Shown here one piece after another: positions 48,601-61,188 of a stretch of DNA of 64,000 bases. The notes under the pieces are model-generated. The model was given only the letters and a program-made list of their open reading frames with translations, did not search any database and was not told where the DNA came from. The stretch is from Basidiobolus meristosporus CBS 931.73 (Eukaryota > Fungi > Basidiobolomycota), in assembly GCA_002104905.1 (NCBI GenBank), contig MCFE01000308.1, positions 33,840 to 97,839 of the forward strand, given 5' to 3'. Within the stretch, counting starts at the first letter, position 1; each line of letters begins with the position of its first letter. The position numbers and the translations under genes were made by a program.

Positions 48601-48649
48601 CTCTCCCTCCTTATGTATTCCTCTATCTGATAAACACAGGTCTTGAATA

Positions 48650-48998
48650 TGTAGTAAAAATATGAAATTCTACCTAAATACTAATCTAAATTAGTCACTT
48701 AGATTGTTACCATCAGATCCTAGAGAATACTGGCCAAATTTCTTGTGGGATTTACTTAGAATAGTTTCACCAAAACATCAGGTACACAAAACATCAAAAT
48801 TCTCAAAGTTGTGCAAACAGCCCCAAACTTTGCATGCATGTTCTTTGCACCTTCCTTAAGTTACTCTACATGTTTACTATGCCAAGACCATGTTAAAGTA
48901 TATATACTACTTTTACATTCAATAAATTATTAAGAAGAAAACAACAAAATCTACTTGTCCTCCCAATCACATCCAATATCTCCAAGACTCTTACAAAA
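48650..48998 (+). mobile_element. Solo LTR, family A
   Basis: 349 bp LTR copy flanked by a perfect 5 bp TSD GAATA (48645-48649 and 48999-49003). Confidence 0.92.
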
Positions 48999-50329
48999 GA
49001 ATAAACCACCTTGCCCTGAAGTCAGCCTTGCCTTGTTGATCCACAGCTAAGTACCTTCCTGGTCCTGCCTTGCCTAGCTCTACTCTCTTACCTTTCATCT
49101 ACTCATAATAGATTTATCAGACTGCTCTTGACTTATCTATGGATCTCTACCTTTTACCCAAAGTTCCTGGGAAAAACTTGCAAACAAATACCCACTATAA
49201 GTATCACCATGAATTGTTCTCTAGTCTTGTTCTCCAAAGGCAAAGATATTTTATCATCATAAAATTATTGGCCAAAGCTGCATTCACTGTTAGTCTGCTG
49301 GTGTAGCCTACAGTTGTTACAGTATTGGAAGCATCAGTACAATACTTAATCAAACAAAATTCAAGTCAGTACCTTCTGAAGTGATACTAACTTACTCATT
49401 TTTGAAGATTGTGACTCAATAATTGCATTCTTGACAAACTAGTGGCTTTATACACCACATATCAGCTAATAGTATCTGGTATTTCTGAGCAAGCTCAGAA
49501 ACCTCTCCACCTCCTCCTACTCCAAGATGACCGGTGTGGCAGGGTAAACATACCTCCCACAGACAACTTTATTCATAAAGTCATTATGATATACTTATCC
49601 ATATTTTATCTTATCAGTATTATCCCATTCTTCTTTTGCCCATATTATCAGTATTATCCCATATGATGTTTACCCTGATTAGTTATTATCCCAGATGTTA
49701 TTCAGCTTTGTGATCAGTATATGTATCTACATAAGGCAGGTACCCGCATCAGTACCTGTGACACATGACCTAGGTCTGTGTTACCATCCCTACCATTTCA
49801 ATACCATATATGGTATTTCTATGTTGCACAGGTTTCAGACTACTGATTCCTGATTGGTTGAATGTGCTGTGCCTTTTAGAACCTTCCAGGACATTCTTGG
49901 CATATTTTTAGCTGATAGTGATGTCATCAAGAATTCCACTGATACCTAGAATCTTCTAGAATCTTGTCATTAGTAATCACTTGGCAATCAGGAAAAGTAT
50001 TTAAGGGAAAGCAATCCCTCATCAATAAATCATCCCTTCTATCAGTAACACTTTTACCTTATTGATTAGCAGTTGATCACTGCACCTGTCTTCAAGAGTA
50101 CATCTCAGACCTGCCATCAAGAAGCTTTTCAGGGTAGTGCACAAGACACACATAGGCCTTTGGAGACACTTGGAGCACCTAGGAAGCTAGAGAAGCAGGA
50201 GCTTTTACCATAGTGACATATTGACAAAGACACCAGCAGTGTAGACCCAGAGGTTATTGTACCCATCAGACACTTCACACACCTTGAGTTGTGTAGCTTC
50301 TCCAAGGAGTACCTCTACACCACCACACT

Positions 50330-53320
50330 GGTCCAAAGTACCACTCTGCAAGCCTCATGGCTGCTTTTACCCAGCTGCAACAAGACAGTGTGGATCTCAG
50401 AAACTCTGTTGCTCAGTTTTAGAACCAAAATAATCAACAGCGTATCTAGACTCCCTCCTACCATGATTGCAAGTTAACTTCCACTACTAAGCTCAATGGC
50501 TCCCAAAGTGAGTTCCAATGTTTCATCAACATAGTCAAGATCCACTTCTTGCTACAACCCACTTGGTTTCAACAGATCAAGCAAAAGCTGGTTGTATCTC
50601 TAACCTGCTCACTGGAACTGCCCAGAAATGGTTCTTGCCTTTGGTGGAAACCAACTCCCCTCTCCTCAGTGACTACCATGCCTTCCTTACAGAAATGGAG
50701 CTCACATTAGGCAACATTGACCAAGTCAAAGCTGCTGCCATCAGGATCAAAAACTAGAAGCAAGGGAACAAACCTGCATTTGTGTATGCTTCCAAATCTT
50801 GGCTAGTAGCAAGTGATTTGAGCCTTTTGGGTGATGCTGCCCTAGTTAGTCAGCTTCAAGATGGATTTAATGATGAAGTCAGTGACCTAATACTCACACA
50901 CCTTGACCCAACTTCCTTGTGTGAAGCTGTATATCAAGCAATCCAATGTGACAATTGCCTTTTCCAGAACAATCAGAAGTTCTAGCTTACTTATCAGCCA
51001 ACCTCCTACCCAGTAATCCAGTTACCCAGTACTAAGCCTGATGATCCTATTCAAATTGACAGTGCCAAATACAAAAGACTTACAAAAGAAGAAAGATGTA
51101 AACACCAACATGCAAACCTCTGCCTACACTCTAGCCAACCAGGCCACTTTGCCAAGTCTTGTCCTAACAAGATGTCCTGCTTCAAGCTCCTGCAATCATC
51201 CAGTGAAGAGCCTTCTCCAGAATTGCTGAGAAACTCCAGTGTCCAATTACAATGACAGGCTTGGAACTTGACCCTCCAATGCATATTCGACACATGCAAG
51301 AAATGTCATACACTACTAGCTGCATCCAGTCATTGAGAATGCCTGTCAACATCCATATCCCTGAGTTCAGTCCTGTCACTGTCCTTGCCCTCATAAGTTT
51401 TAGTACTTCCTCCTGTTTCATTGACCAGTCCTTTATCCAGAAGCGCAAAATCCCCACTATCCTGAAATTTTGTACTGTCCAAGAGAAGTCATTAATAGAG
51501 GATTCCTTGCCTCTGGTAATGTAGCCCATGAGACATGTCTACTCCAGCTGTCCAGTGATGGTCATCATGAGACACTAGCCTTCAACATCATCAACTCTCC
51601 CCACTGCCCCATAGCTCTTGGAAGCTTATGGCTCAGTCACTGTAACTCAGCTATCAACTGGAAGACCAAAACCCTGATATTCCCCAGAATCCATCATGTC
51701 AACTCCATGAAAGCATCTGATTTTCCAGATAAGAAGTATCTTTTACCAAGCAACCCCAGACCCAGGTGCCCATCATCACAGAAGGAACCCCCTCCAACAA
51801 AATACCTGCCAAGTATCACAGGTTTGCCCATGTTTTTGACAAGAAGAAAGCTGAACCACTCCCAGTACAAATACCCTATGATTGTCCCATAGACCACAAA
51901 GACAAAAAAATCTCACCTTTTGGCTCCATCTATAACTTCCTAGAACTTGCCTTACTCCATAAAGGAAGTGCAATCTTTCCTTCAATTTACCAACTTCTAC
52001 CACGCCATCATTGCTAACTACTCAAAGATAGTCACTCCCTTGACAAAGCTCACCAAGGAAAATCTTCCCTATGCCTGAGATGAGGAACAATCTGTGTCCT
52101 TTGACTCTATTGGATTCTACCCCTTGAAATTTACCCAGGCTGAAGTACACTATGATATATATGACAAGTAGCTACTTGCAATTGTTGTTGCCTTTGGGCA
52201 ATAGAGACACTACTATGATGATACAGCCAAAACAAGAAAGATCTTCTATGACCACAAGAACCTTAAGTGCTTTACCACCTCAAAAGTACTAAACCAGAAA
52301 CAAGCCAGATGGTCTCTCATCTTGTCCAGCTTTGACCTTGTCATCACCTATAGAATAAGTGTAAAGCAAGGAAGACCTCATGCCCTGTCCAGAAAGATGG
52401 AGTATTCCCTTGGAGAAGGGGATGATGCATGTTGGCAAATAAAAAACCTGGTTCTCAACAGAAGACACTCTGAACTCCTTGCAGTCCAGTCCTCTAGTGT
52501 TCCAGGTCCACTACTCCTTGAGAGAGTCAGGACTAGCCAAGCTGCCAATTCCACAGCAGCAACAATCAAGAAATATCTCAAGTCTCCCACTGACCCATCA
52601 CCCAGGTTCCCAAGCCTCCAGCACCTACATCTAGTCAATGACATCATCTACCACAAGCATCTACTATTTGCCTAGACCTTGATACCCAGTTGGATATCAT
52701 CCATTCTTACCATGTTTTGATGGCTGCACAGCATTTTGGTACTGCTAATACCATGGATGCAATTGAGAGAGAATTCTGGTGGTCCAAGATGCTATCCCTT
52801 GTCAAGGAGTACCTCAAATCCTGTGATGCATGTAATTGTACAAAATCTGCCAGACACCAGCCATATGTACTTCTTCAAGCTTTGCCAATCCCTGACCAGC
52901 AATGGAAGTCAATTTCAATGGACTTCATTACCAACCTCCCAGGATTCAACCAATTCAGCTCAGCCCTAGTAGTGGCAGATAGACCCACAAAGATGGCTCA
53001 CTTCATTCCCTGCTCCAAAAGCAAAGATGCCAAGGAGGCTGCCCACTTAGTAATTGAGAACATTTCCTGGCTTTATGGTATCCCCAGTGAGATTGTAGCT
53101 GATGGAGGACCCCAGCTCATATCAAACTTTTGAAAACACTTTACACAATATCTTGGTACACAAGTCAAGCTCCCAACTGCTTTCCGTCCTCAGTCTGATG
53201 GTCAGACTGAACAAATCAACCAGATTCTTGAATGATACCTACAGTACTATATCAACTATCAGCAAGACAATGGGATTAAGCTGCTACCACTTGCAGAATC
53301 TTCCTACAACAACTCATTCA
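50330..53320 (+). mobile_element. Degenerate Ty3/gypsy element (Tf/Maggy-like), most of RT deleted
   Basis: gag SNLLTGTAQKW, zinc knuckle GHFAKSC, pre-RT PAKYHRFAHVFDKKKAEPLP..YDCPID, RNase H YDIYDK*LLAIV, integrase HFG..EFWW..CDAC..PIPDQQWKSISMDFITNLP. Confidence 0.9.
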
Positions 53321-53840
53321 TAGTACATTTGGTTGCATGCTAGCTATAACACCTTATCCAATCACTAGGATCAGGGATTTACTTTGTCAATGGGTAAAGT
53401 ATGATATTTGATGGCTAATCAGGTAGCTGGTATATTTATCAAAGAGCTAATTGGGGGCTTCAGGATACTTTTGGACTGTTAACCACTGAGATACCAGCCA
53501 ACTGGAGTGATGTTAACTAAGATGGTAAGTATCAGAATAGCTTAGAGTGTGATATGCATTTATTTTCATTTACACTGAAGAAACATATCCAAGTACCAGA
53601 ATTTACCTACAATAGTAGTGGTATCCAATTACACACCTGGTGCAAACATTACAAGCTGGCGCAATCATCCATGCCAACCTCATTGTGTCAGATTTTGTCA
53701 TAGTTTGCAAGATTGTGCCATATAGTGCAAAATTGTCCAAGAGCAATCCTGCCTATTGATAGCGGCAATATTGCACCCAGTTACTGTTAAAAACCACAGA
53801 TTGCATCATGCACCCTGGCAAGATACAAAGGAACAAGTCT
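53321..53840 (-). mobile_element. Inverted partial copy of the CACTA right-end module
   Basis: Reverse complement of ~39565-40090. Confidence 0.8.
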
Positions 53841-54509
53841 ATAGTCTACCCATCCTGTTTCTGGACTATTTCCTGATTCCTCTGGGCCATTGTATCTATC
53901 CTATCAGCCACTGCACCTAAATTGCCTCATTACTACTTTGATACAAGCTGACAGCATACTTTCTAACACAGGTAGTGATGATGTTATAATGGCCACCTGC
54001 TGATCTTCAACTGAAGGTACTGCTTTAGCTGCATTCTAATCTGCCTCAACATTATGGTCTACTTGTGGCTCTGCCAAAATCTCCAATTACTTACTTAACT
54101 GGGAGCCTGAGGAGTGTGCATTCTGATCATCAGTGGGCACACTGTTAACATTACCTTTTTTGGTTGTAGGCCTGCTTTTTGCACAGAATGTCAAAGTAAG
54201 CTGTTGTCCAACTGTACTTCTGCAGCTGTCTGCAGTAAGTTTGGGTTAGGGACCAGATGACTTTGCTTTTTTTTATGGCAGCATATATAAGGAAGTGAGT
54301 CAAACCAAAGGAGAAATGGTGTTACATACACCTGAGTGTATGGTGCCACAACTTTTTGCAATCTATGCTATGGCAGGTCATTATGTAATCATAAAATCAT
54401 GTAGGTGCAATAGACCTGTTCCATTGGATGGTGCCACATTGAGCCATGAGTATCAAATGATGCCATAGTGTGCCAGAGAGGCCAAGTAAGCCTATACTTG
54501 GCCTTTTCA

Positions 54510-56963
54510 CCTTGTGCATGCTGAGTCAGGTGAGCTTATGATGCCTTTAGGCTTGCCCCAGCCTTCTGACTATAGCACACAGAGTGATAGTGCAGAAGTA
54601 GCAGGCTCATTGATGGATTGTGAGCCCATCACCCCTTACAATAGTACCCTGGATGAGCCTTACATAATTCCAACATCTAATGACACAACACCTGTGGAAA
54701 AAAATACTGAGGATACTTTATGGAGTCAATTGAGCCTAGTAATCCATCTACTAATGCATGATATGATGTTGTAGCTTAAGAAGTAATGTGTTTCCACAAA
54801 TATCAGTAATGGGGGCTTTAAGGATACACTACTACTTCTTGAAAAATCACCCCAGGATGCAACTTACCATATACATGGTATAAATGGGCAGTTGTCATGC
54901 AGCAGGCAATATATGGCCCAGAGACCATCACAATACCAGCCTATGTCAACAACTGTATGGCACTCACATCTAAAAATGTCACCATTGTAAGTTGTCTAAC
55001 TTGTGAGGTATTCTCTACCATTGGCAGAAAACATTGCTCACACTATAGATATATTCCAGTAATACCCCATCAAAAGAAGCTTGTGTGGTCAAACAAGCTT
55101 TGGGAAGCTAAAAAATACTGCACTTGGTACCCACAACAAGCAAGTATATGCAGGGTATTGGATGGCAAACACTACAAACCGCTATGAAGTAAGAGCTACT
55201 TTGAAGATATATACAACCATGCCTTTGCCTTGGCACTTGATGGATTCTCACTAAACAGGTACCCTACCAGCAAATCCTGCTGGCCACTGATTCCTATCAA
55301 TCTGAAGCTGCCTCATATTTCACAGAATCAGAGCCAAAATTCAATGGTAGTCTCACTGGTATCTGGGCCTATATCACCATCCAACCTGGATAGCTACCTG
55401 TATCCATTGCTGGATGCATTATGTGTGCTTTCCAGAAGAATAACAGTAAATGGCTGTCATGTCAATGCGCATATTACTATATGCATTGGAATTACTATAG
55501 CCATCAACAACATAGCTGGATCTTCTGGGCACTATGGATGGTAGTGCTGTCAAATGTGTGAGATCCAGGCAATTTACTCCATAATGCACACACTGTGTTA
55601 TAACACAAACACCAGCACTAAGACTATCATCTTTCCACAGAGTGAATGTACAGAAGTCAGCATGCAATTGCAACAAAATTGGCAAGCTATAAGCCAATGG
55701 CCAAAACATGGAATTCATTGGAAGCCAGAGACACTTAAGGTAGAGGGTTTCTGCTATAGCAAAAGCTTTCCACTAGGGGCAATGCATTTGCTTTTCTACA
55801 ATATTCCTACACTGATGACCAAGTTGTTCATGAGCATTTAGAGCTAAATTAGCCCTTTGATATACTGGAGTTATTTGAGAAAATTGGTAAGAAACTACAG
55901 AGTATTTGATATCCCAAGTACCTCTCACAGGCCTCAATCAACACAACTGGAAGAGCTGGATATGTATATATTCAAGTGGTCTTCTGAGGCCATTTCTACC
56001 AAGATTACATTGGAAGCATTGTGAGTCATTTGTGGCCATTGTAGGAACATTCATCCAGAAGCGGATCATCAATGCCAACTTGGCACATCTACAGCTTTTG
56101 TGCAAGGAGTTGGTGATAGGACTTGAGCAGCTGAACTACAAACATTAAGCCAAACATGTGGATCTCTGCTGCTACTGTACAGACTTGTTCAACTATACTG
56201 GCACAGTGCAATCTGCAGTTGCAAAGAGCAACTGGGCATGGTACTGTAGCTACCTGTAGGCAGTGTTGCTCTACAACAGTTTTGCATTATGTGTGAAAAT
56301 TGTTCACACCATAGCACAATCTGACACAATGAGGTTGCACAGATGATTACTCCCACTTTTAATGCTTGCATCAAGTGCACAGTTGGATACCATTATTATG
56401 GTAGGTCAATTTTGGTATTTGGTTGTGTTTTGTTAATATAAATGGAGATAAATTCATATCGCACTATAAAGTGCACTGATATTTCTAATTTTGATTACCA
56501 TCACTCCAATTGGATGTTATGTCAATGGCTGATTGGTTTGAGAGAATCTTAAGCTGCAAGCCACCAGTTAGGTCATTGAATGTTACACAAGCAACCTGAT
56601 TTGCCATCACACATCCCTTGTTGTACATTGAGTAAGTAAATCCCTGATTGTAGTGTCTGAACAAGGTGACTTAGCTAGCACACAACTAATTGAGTAGGTG
56701 CAAATTGGATCAAATAGCTGCACTTGGGTTACAGATAATGTATATATATACAGGGTGCTTATTACAGAGGCACTGTCACATATATGACACAACCTTGATA
56801 TTGCTTATATGAAAAATTTAGTGATCACTGATTTACAATGGCTTGATTTAGATTGCAAAAAAAATGCATTATTTGTACCAAGACAGATGGCAACAATTCA
56901 ATGCAATTGTATCATCTTCTGTGTTTTTTCTTACAAGTATTACTACTTGAGCATTTAGTAGTG
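54510..56963 (+). mobile_element. Degenerate CACTA/EnSpm element, copy 2 (Tnp2 transposase 54510-56177, right end to TAGTG at 56963)
   Basis: LALDGFSL..SCWPLIPINLKLP..SGP..LDSYLYPLLD, FPLGAMHLLF; collinear with 40540-42565. Confidence 0.88.
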
Positions 56964-56964
56964 A

Positions 56965-57775
56965 AGTTATGATCTACTGCTTGAATGTTTAAATTGGATC
57001 AGTTTTTAGTCAAATCAATTAGTTCTATGTTGGCCTATTGGTATGTCAGTATTATTTATCAAATCAGTTGCATTAGTCAGCAGATGAATCAGCAGATCCT
57101 ATCAGACAGGAATAGATACATTTAGTAGGATCTTATTGGGTGATAATGATGCCAACAAATGAGTCATCAGCCACAACCTAGATTAGGAAATACAATTAGT
57201 CAGCAATTGCTCTGGCAAAAATGTATATAAGGAGCTGCTGGAACCTCAATAAAGATCAGTTCAAGTTTTAGTGAATACAATACCAGCTAAGCTCCCTATT
57301 CCTCTACAACACTAGTACCAGGGCTTGTAAGATTGGTAGTAGCAATGACTAGAAACCTCCCTCCTAAAGAAAGAAGAAGCCTCCCTCAAGATGTCTAAAA
57401 AACAAGAATGGAAGAATGCCATGCAGCAAATCCTGGTCCATCAGCAACAGTTACTCCAGATCCTTAGCCAGCAGCAACACAGAGTGACTTCCATGGCCCA
57501 AAGCCAGCAAAACCCTGTTAAGAGCAACTTTGTTGTAAAGGTCAACCGGTACTATGGTAGAGTGAATGAAAACCTGTGAACTTGCCTGGATTTAATGCAT
57601 AAGCTACACAATGGATATAGACATCTTGGAATTGAAGGAACCTATAGTCTTGTGAAAGCCATAGCATGGTGACCCAGAATGAAACAAGGCATTGAGCAGC
57701 TAGTGAAAACATGCTCAAAATGTCAAATCAACCAAGGGAAACCACAGAGAATTGCTGAACTCTTTCCCTTGGAGC
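56965..57775 (+). mobile_element. Ty3/gypsy family C: 5' LTR (56965-57332), PBS-like TTGGTAGTAG, gag start, internally deleted to the integrase zinc finger
   Basis: LTR is the reverse complement of 57900-58268. HLGIEGTY..W*P.M..CSKCQINQGKPQRIAELFPLE matches the minus-strand copy at ~59180-59250. Confidence 0.82.
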
Positions 57776-57899
57776 CTGCAAGATTTGTTGTTTTGCTGCT
57801 TCTCTGATGTGTTTCCTGACTTCACTGACTGCTTGATGATGCCTTTGCACTCACTGGTTGAATGATAGCATCCTCAATGAAGCTCAAAACGCTTGATGG

Positions 57900-59253
57900 T
57901 GTTACATGTCTTGGTATAAGAGTTGTAGAGGAATAGGGAGTTCAGCTAGTATTGTATTCACTAAAACTTGAACTGATCTTTATTGAGGTTCCAGCAGCTC
58001 CTTATATACATTTTTGCCAGATCAATTGCTGACTAATTGTATTTCCTAATGTAGGTTGTGGCTGATGACTCATTTGATTGCATCATCATCACCCAATAAA
58101 GATCCCACTTAATATATCTATTTCTGTCTGATAAGGAGCTGCTGATTCATTAGTTGACCATGCTACTGATTTCATAGATAATACTGATATACTAATAACC
58201 TAAACATATACTAATTGATTTGACTAAAAACTGATCTAACTTAAACATTCAAGCGGCAGATCATAACATTCTCCCCTACTAAAGTTGAGAGGGTTCTCCT
58301 GAATCCCTTTTCTTATGATACCAATATCTTGATGGTTCAGTATTATCAGCAAGTCTTGCAAGCTTGAGTCTGTCCCTATGCACCAAGTCTTCCCAGATAT
58401 TGCCTTGTTTGTCCACTAGTTGGTAAGTTGCAAATGGACATTTTCTGATGATCTTGAATGGTCCTGTCCATTGTGGCTCAACCTTCTTCCTAGCGTTGTT
58501 TCTTAGTAATACAAAGTTCCCAACTGTCAATGCTTCTGGTGCTATAGTCTTATCAAATCTCTGCATCATCTTTTCTGCACTTTGAGATACATTGGTCTCT
58601 GCCTCTTGATGTCTTTGTTCCAGTTGCTGATGTCTACTTGGCTGACTAAGTTCATCTTCTAAGGTGTCTGTAAGCTTTGGTTGTGTGAGATCTCCTGGAA
58701 TCCTTGGTTCACATCCGTACACTAAGTAAAATGGCAATTGCTGGGTGGTGTTGTGTACTCTGACTCTGCATGCAAAGAGTGTTTGGTCTATATAATCATC
58801 CCATCTACTGACAATTCCATTTGCACACTTGGTCAGTATTTTTCCAAATAATCCATTAAACCACCCAGTGACACCATTAGTTCTGGGGTGAAATGCCAAG
58901 GTTTTCAAGTGTCTGATCTGCTGTATTTCCAGGTAAGCCTCCAATGTATTTGCCATAAAGTTTGCACCTCTATCAGATAGAATCTCTACAGGGCATCCAG
59001 ACTTCATAAGGATCTCATGGTAGATGAAATTTGCAACTTCTTGTTCACTGGCTATAGGTACAGCTTTAGCCACTGGCCATTTTGTAGCATGGTCAATTGA
59101 TACTAGGATTCAACAGTTGCATTTCTTGGTAGTTGGCATTCTTCCAATAAAGTCAATTCCCCATCTTTCATATGGTCTTACATGCTCCAAGGGAAAGAGT
59201 TCAGCAATTCTCTGTGGTTGGCCTTGGTTGATTTGGCAATTTGGTCATGTTTT
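57900..59253 (-). mobile_element. Ty3/gypsy family C: integrase, PPT (AGGGGAGAA) and 3' LTR (57900-58268)
   Basis: 264 aa ORF with SDRGANF, HPRTNGVT and WTGPF (GPY/F) motifs; cut at 59253 by the copia D LTR. Confidence 0.9.
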
Positions 59254-61188
59254 TGTTGAAATATTGGACAATTTGGTATCATTCAGCAGCTAAAAATTTA
59301 CTTAACAACTCTAGGCTAGTCTTAGTCACTGTAGGACTCATTTACTGCCTTAACTTTGCCACTTTCTTCAGATATATAATCTTATGATTATTCCCCTATA
59401 GTCAGGATCAAATTAGCACTATTACCAAATATTATGTACTAACCCTGAAACTGTTACAGAATGCTCCTGAATATTGAGAAACCCTTCCTACTTAGTGTTG
59501 AAGCTGTATTACATCTACAAAGCTATAAATACTGAGCTTCTTTATGAATAAACAACAGTTCAACTATTATCACTATTTCTTGATAAATTCCTTATATCCA
59601 AATCACTCCTTAAATTGCAACAGGTTATGAGCCCCAATTGCCTTAATCTATTCTAAAGATGACTTCTACCAGCAAACAAAGCAATACCAACATCTTCCCT
59701 GTAAAGGAGAGGTTTGATGGGAAAAACTGCAGACTTTGGAGAATCAAGATGCAGATCCACCTTGAGGAAAGAAAGCTTTGGAATATAGTAACAGGAAAGG
59801 AAGTTGAGCCCAAAGGAACAGCAGAAGATGTGGAGAAGTTTCAAGAGAAGGAGAGAAAGGCCTTCAATGCAATATGCATCAATGTGCAAGACTCCTTCAT
59901 TGGACAAATCCATGCCTCAAATACTGCCAAAGCAGCATGGGAATCCTTAGAGAAGATCTTTAGAGCAAGGTCAGTATCAAGCAAGCTTTATTTGAAACAA
60001 AAGTTCTTCAACATGAGGAAGAAGCCAGATGATGACATGCTACAACTCATTACCAGAATGGAGACACTTGCAGAAGAACTTTACAGTATTAATGCTGGTG
60101 TAGATGATGAAGAAAAGATACTATGTCTGCTTTGCAGCCTACCAGACAAGTATGAGCCACTCATACTTTCTTTTGAAAGCAGAGAAGACAACTTGACTTT
60201 AGACTATGTCAAAGGAAGACTTCTCCATGAAGAACTCAGACGTTATGATCAAGCAGAGAAAATTGAAGATAATGCTTTATTCAGCTCAGAAAGGCAAACA
60301 GAAAAGAAGGGAAAGCAACAAAACCAAAGAAAACCTGGCTGCTGTAACTACTGTAAGAAGCCAGGACACTGGGCAAGAGAGTGCAAGAAGAAACAAGCAG
60401 ACAAAAAACAGAAACTAGAGCAGGCAAACCATATAACTACTGATGAACAGTTATTTGTCACTGTTCAAGAGAGTGCAAGTAACCAAAGTAGTGAATGGTA
60501 CATTGACTCTGGAGCATCACAGCATATTTGTGGTATAAAGGATTGGTTCAGCAACTTAAAGACTATTCCCGTAAGAAAGGTTTATCTGGGAGATAACTCT
60601 GCATTGGAAGCTACCGCCAGTGGGTCTATACAACTAAACATGAGTGATAACTCAGGGGCAACAACAGCAAAACTGACTGACGTACTCTATGTACCTAGAA
60701 TAGCTAAGAACCTACTCTCAGTCAGTAAAGCAACTACTCAGGGACTGAAATTTGTCTTTACTAAGCTGAGCTGCTCAATACTGAGTGAAAATGGACAAGA
60801 ATTAGCTTTGGGAATCAGTGATCACAATATATACAAGTTACAATGCAAGATCATTGTACCTGAGTACGTCAACATTGCTGAAACTGATGAAACCAACTGG
60901 GAGACGTGGCATAGGAGACTAGGACACATAGGGGACCAGAAAATGAGCCAATTGGTGAAAAATCAGCTTGTTTTGGGCCTAAAATACTCAATTCTGATCA
61001 AATTGAATGTTTGTAAGGGATGTTCATATGGCAAACAAGCTAGGAAACATTTCAAGAGCTCAGAAGGCATCAATACCACCAAAATATTGGCTATTGTACG
61101 CTCAGACATATGTGGCCCCATGAGAACACTGTCCTTTGGAGCCAAGAGATACTTAATGACGTTTATTAATGACAAGACAAGATTTACA
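59254..61188 (+). mobile_element. Ty1/copia family D, 5' part: LTR 59254-59622, PBS, gag-protease-integrase N-terminus (ORF 59659-61251)
   Basis: PBS GGTTATGAGCCCC; zinc knuckle CNYCKKPGHWAREC; protease WYIDSGASQH; WHRRLGH..CKGC; SDICGP. Interrupted at ..KTRFT by an antisense LTR. Confidence 0.95.

Noticed and set aside
28224-48998. Regularly recurring repeats as a CRISPR-like array
   Set aside because: The repeats are ~350 bp TG...CA LTRs with PBS, PPT and TSDs, not short repeats with unique spacers.
27700-59250. Classical Neurospora-type RIP
   Set aside because: By eye CpA and TpG are abundant and CpG is the depleted dinucleotide; not formally computed.
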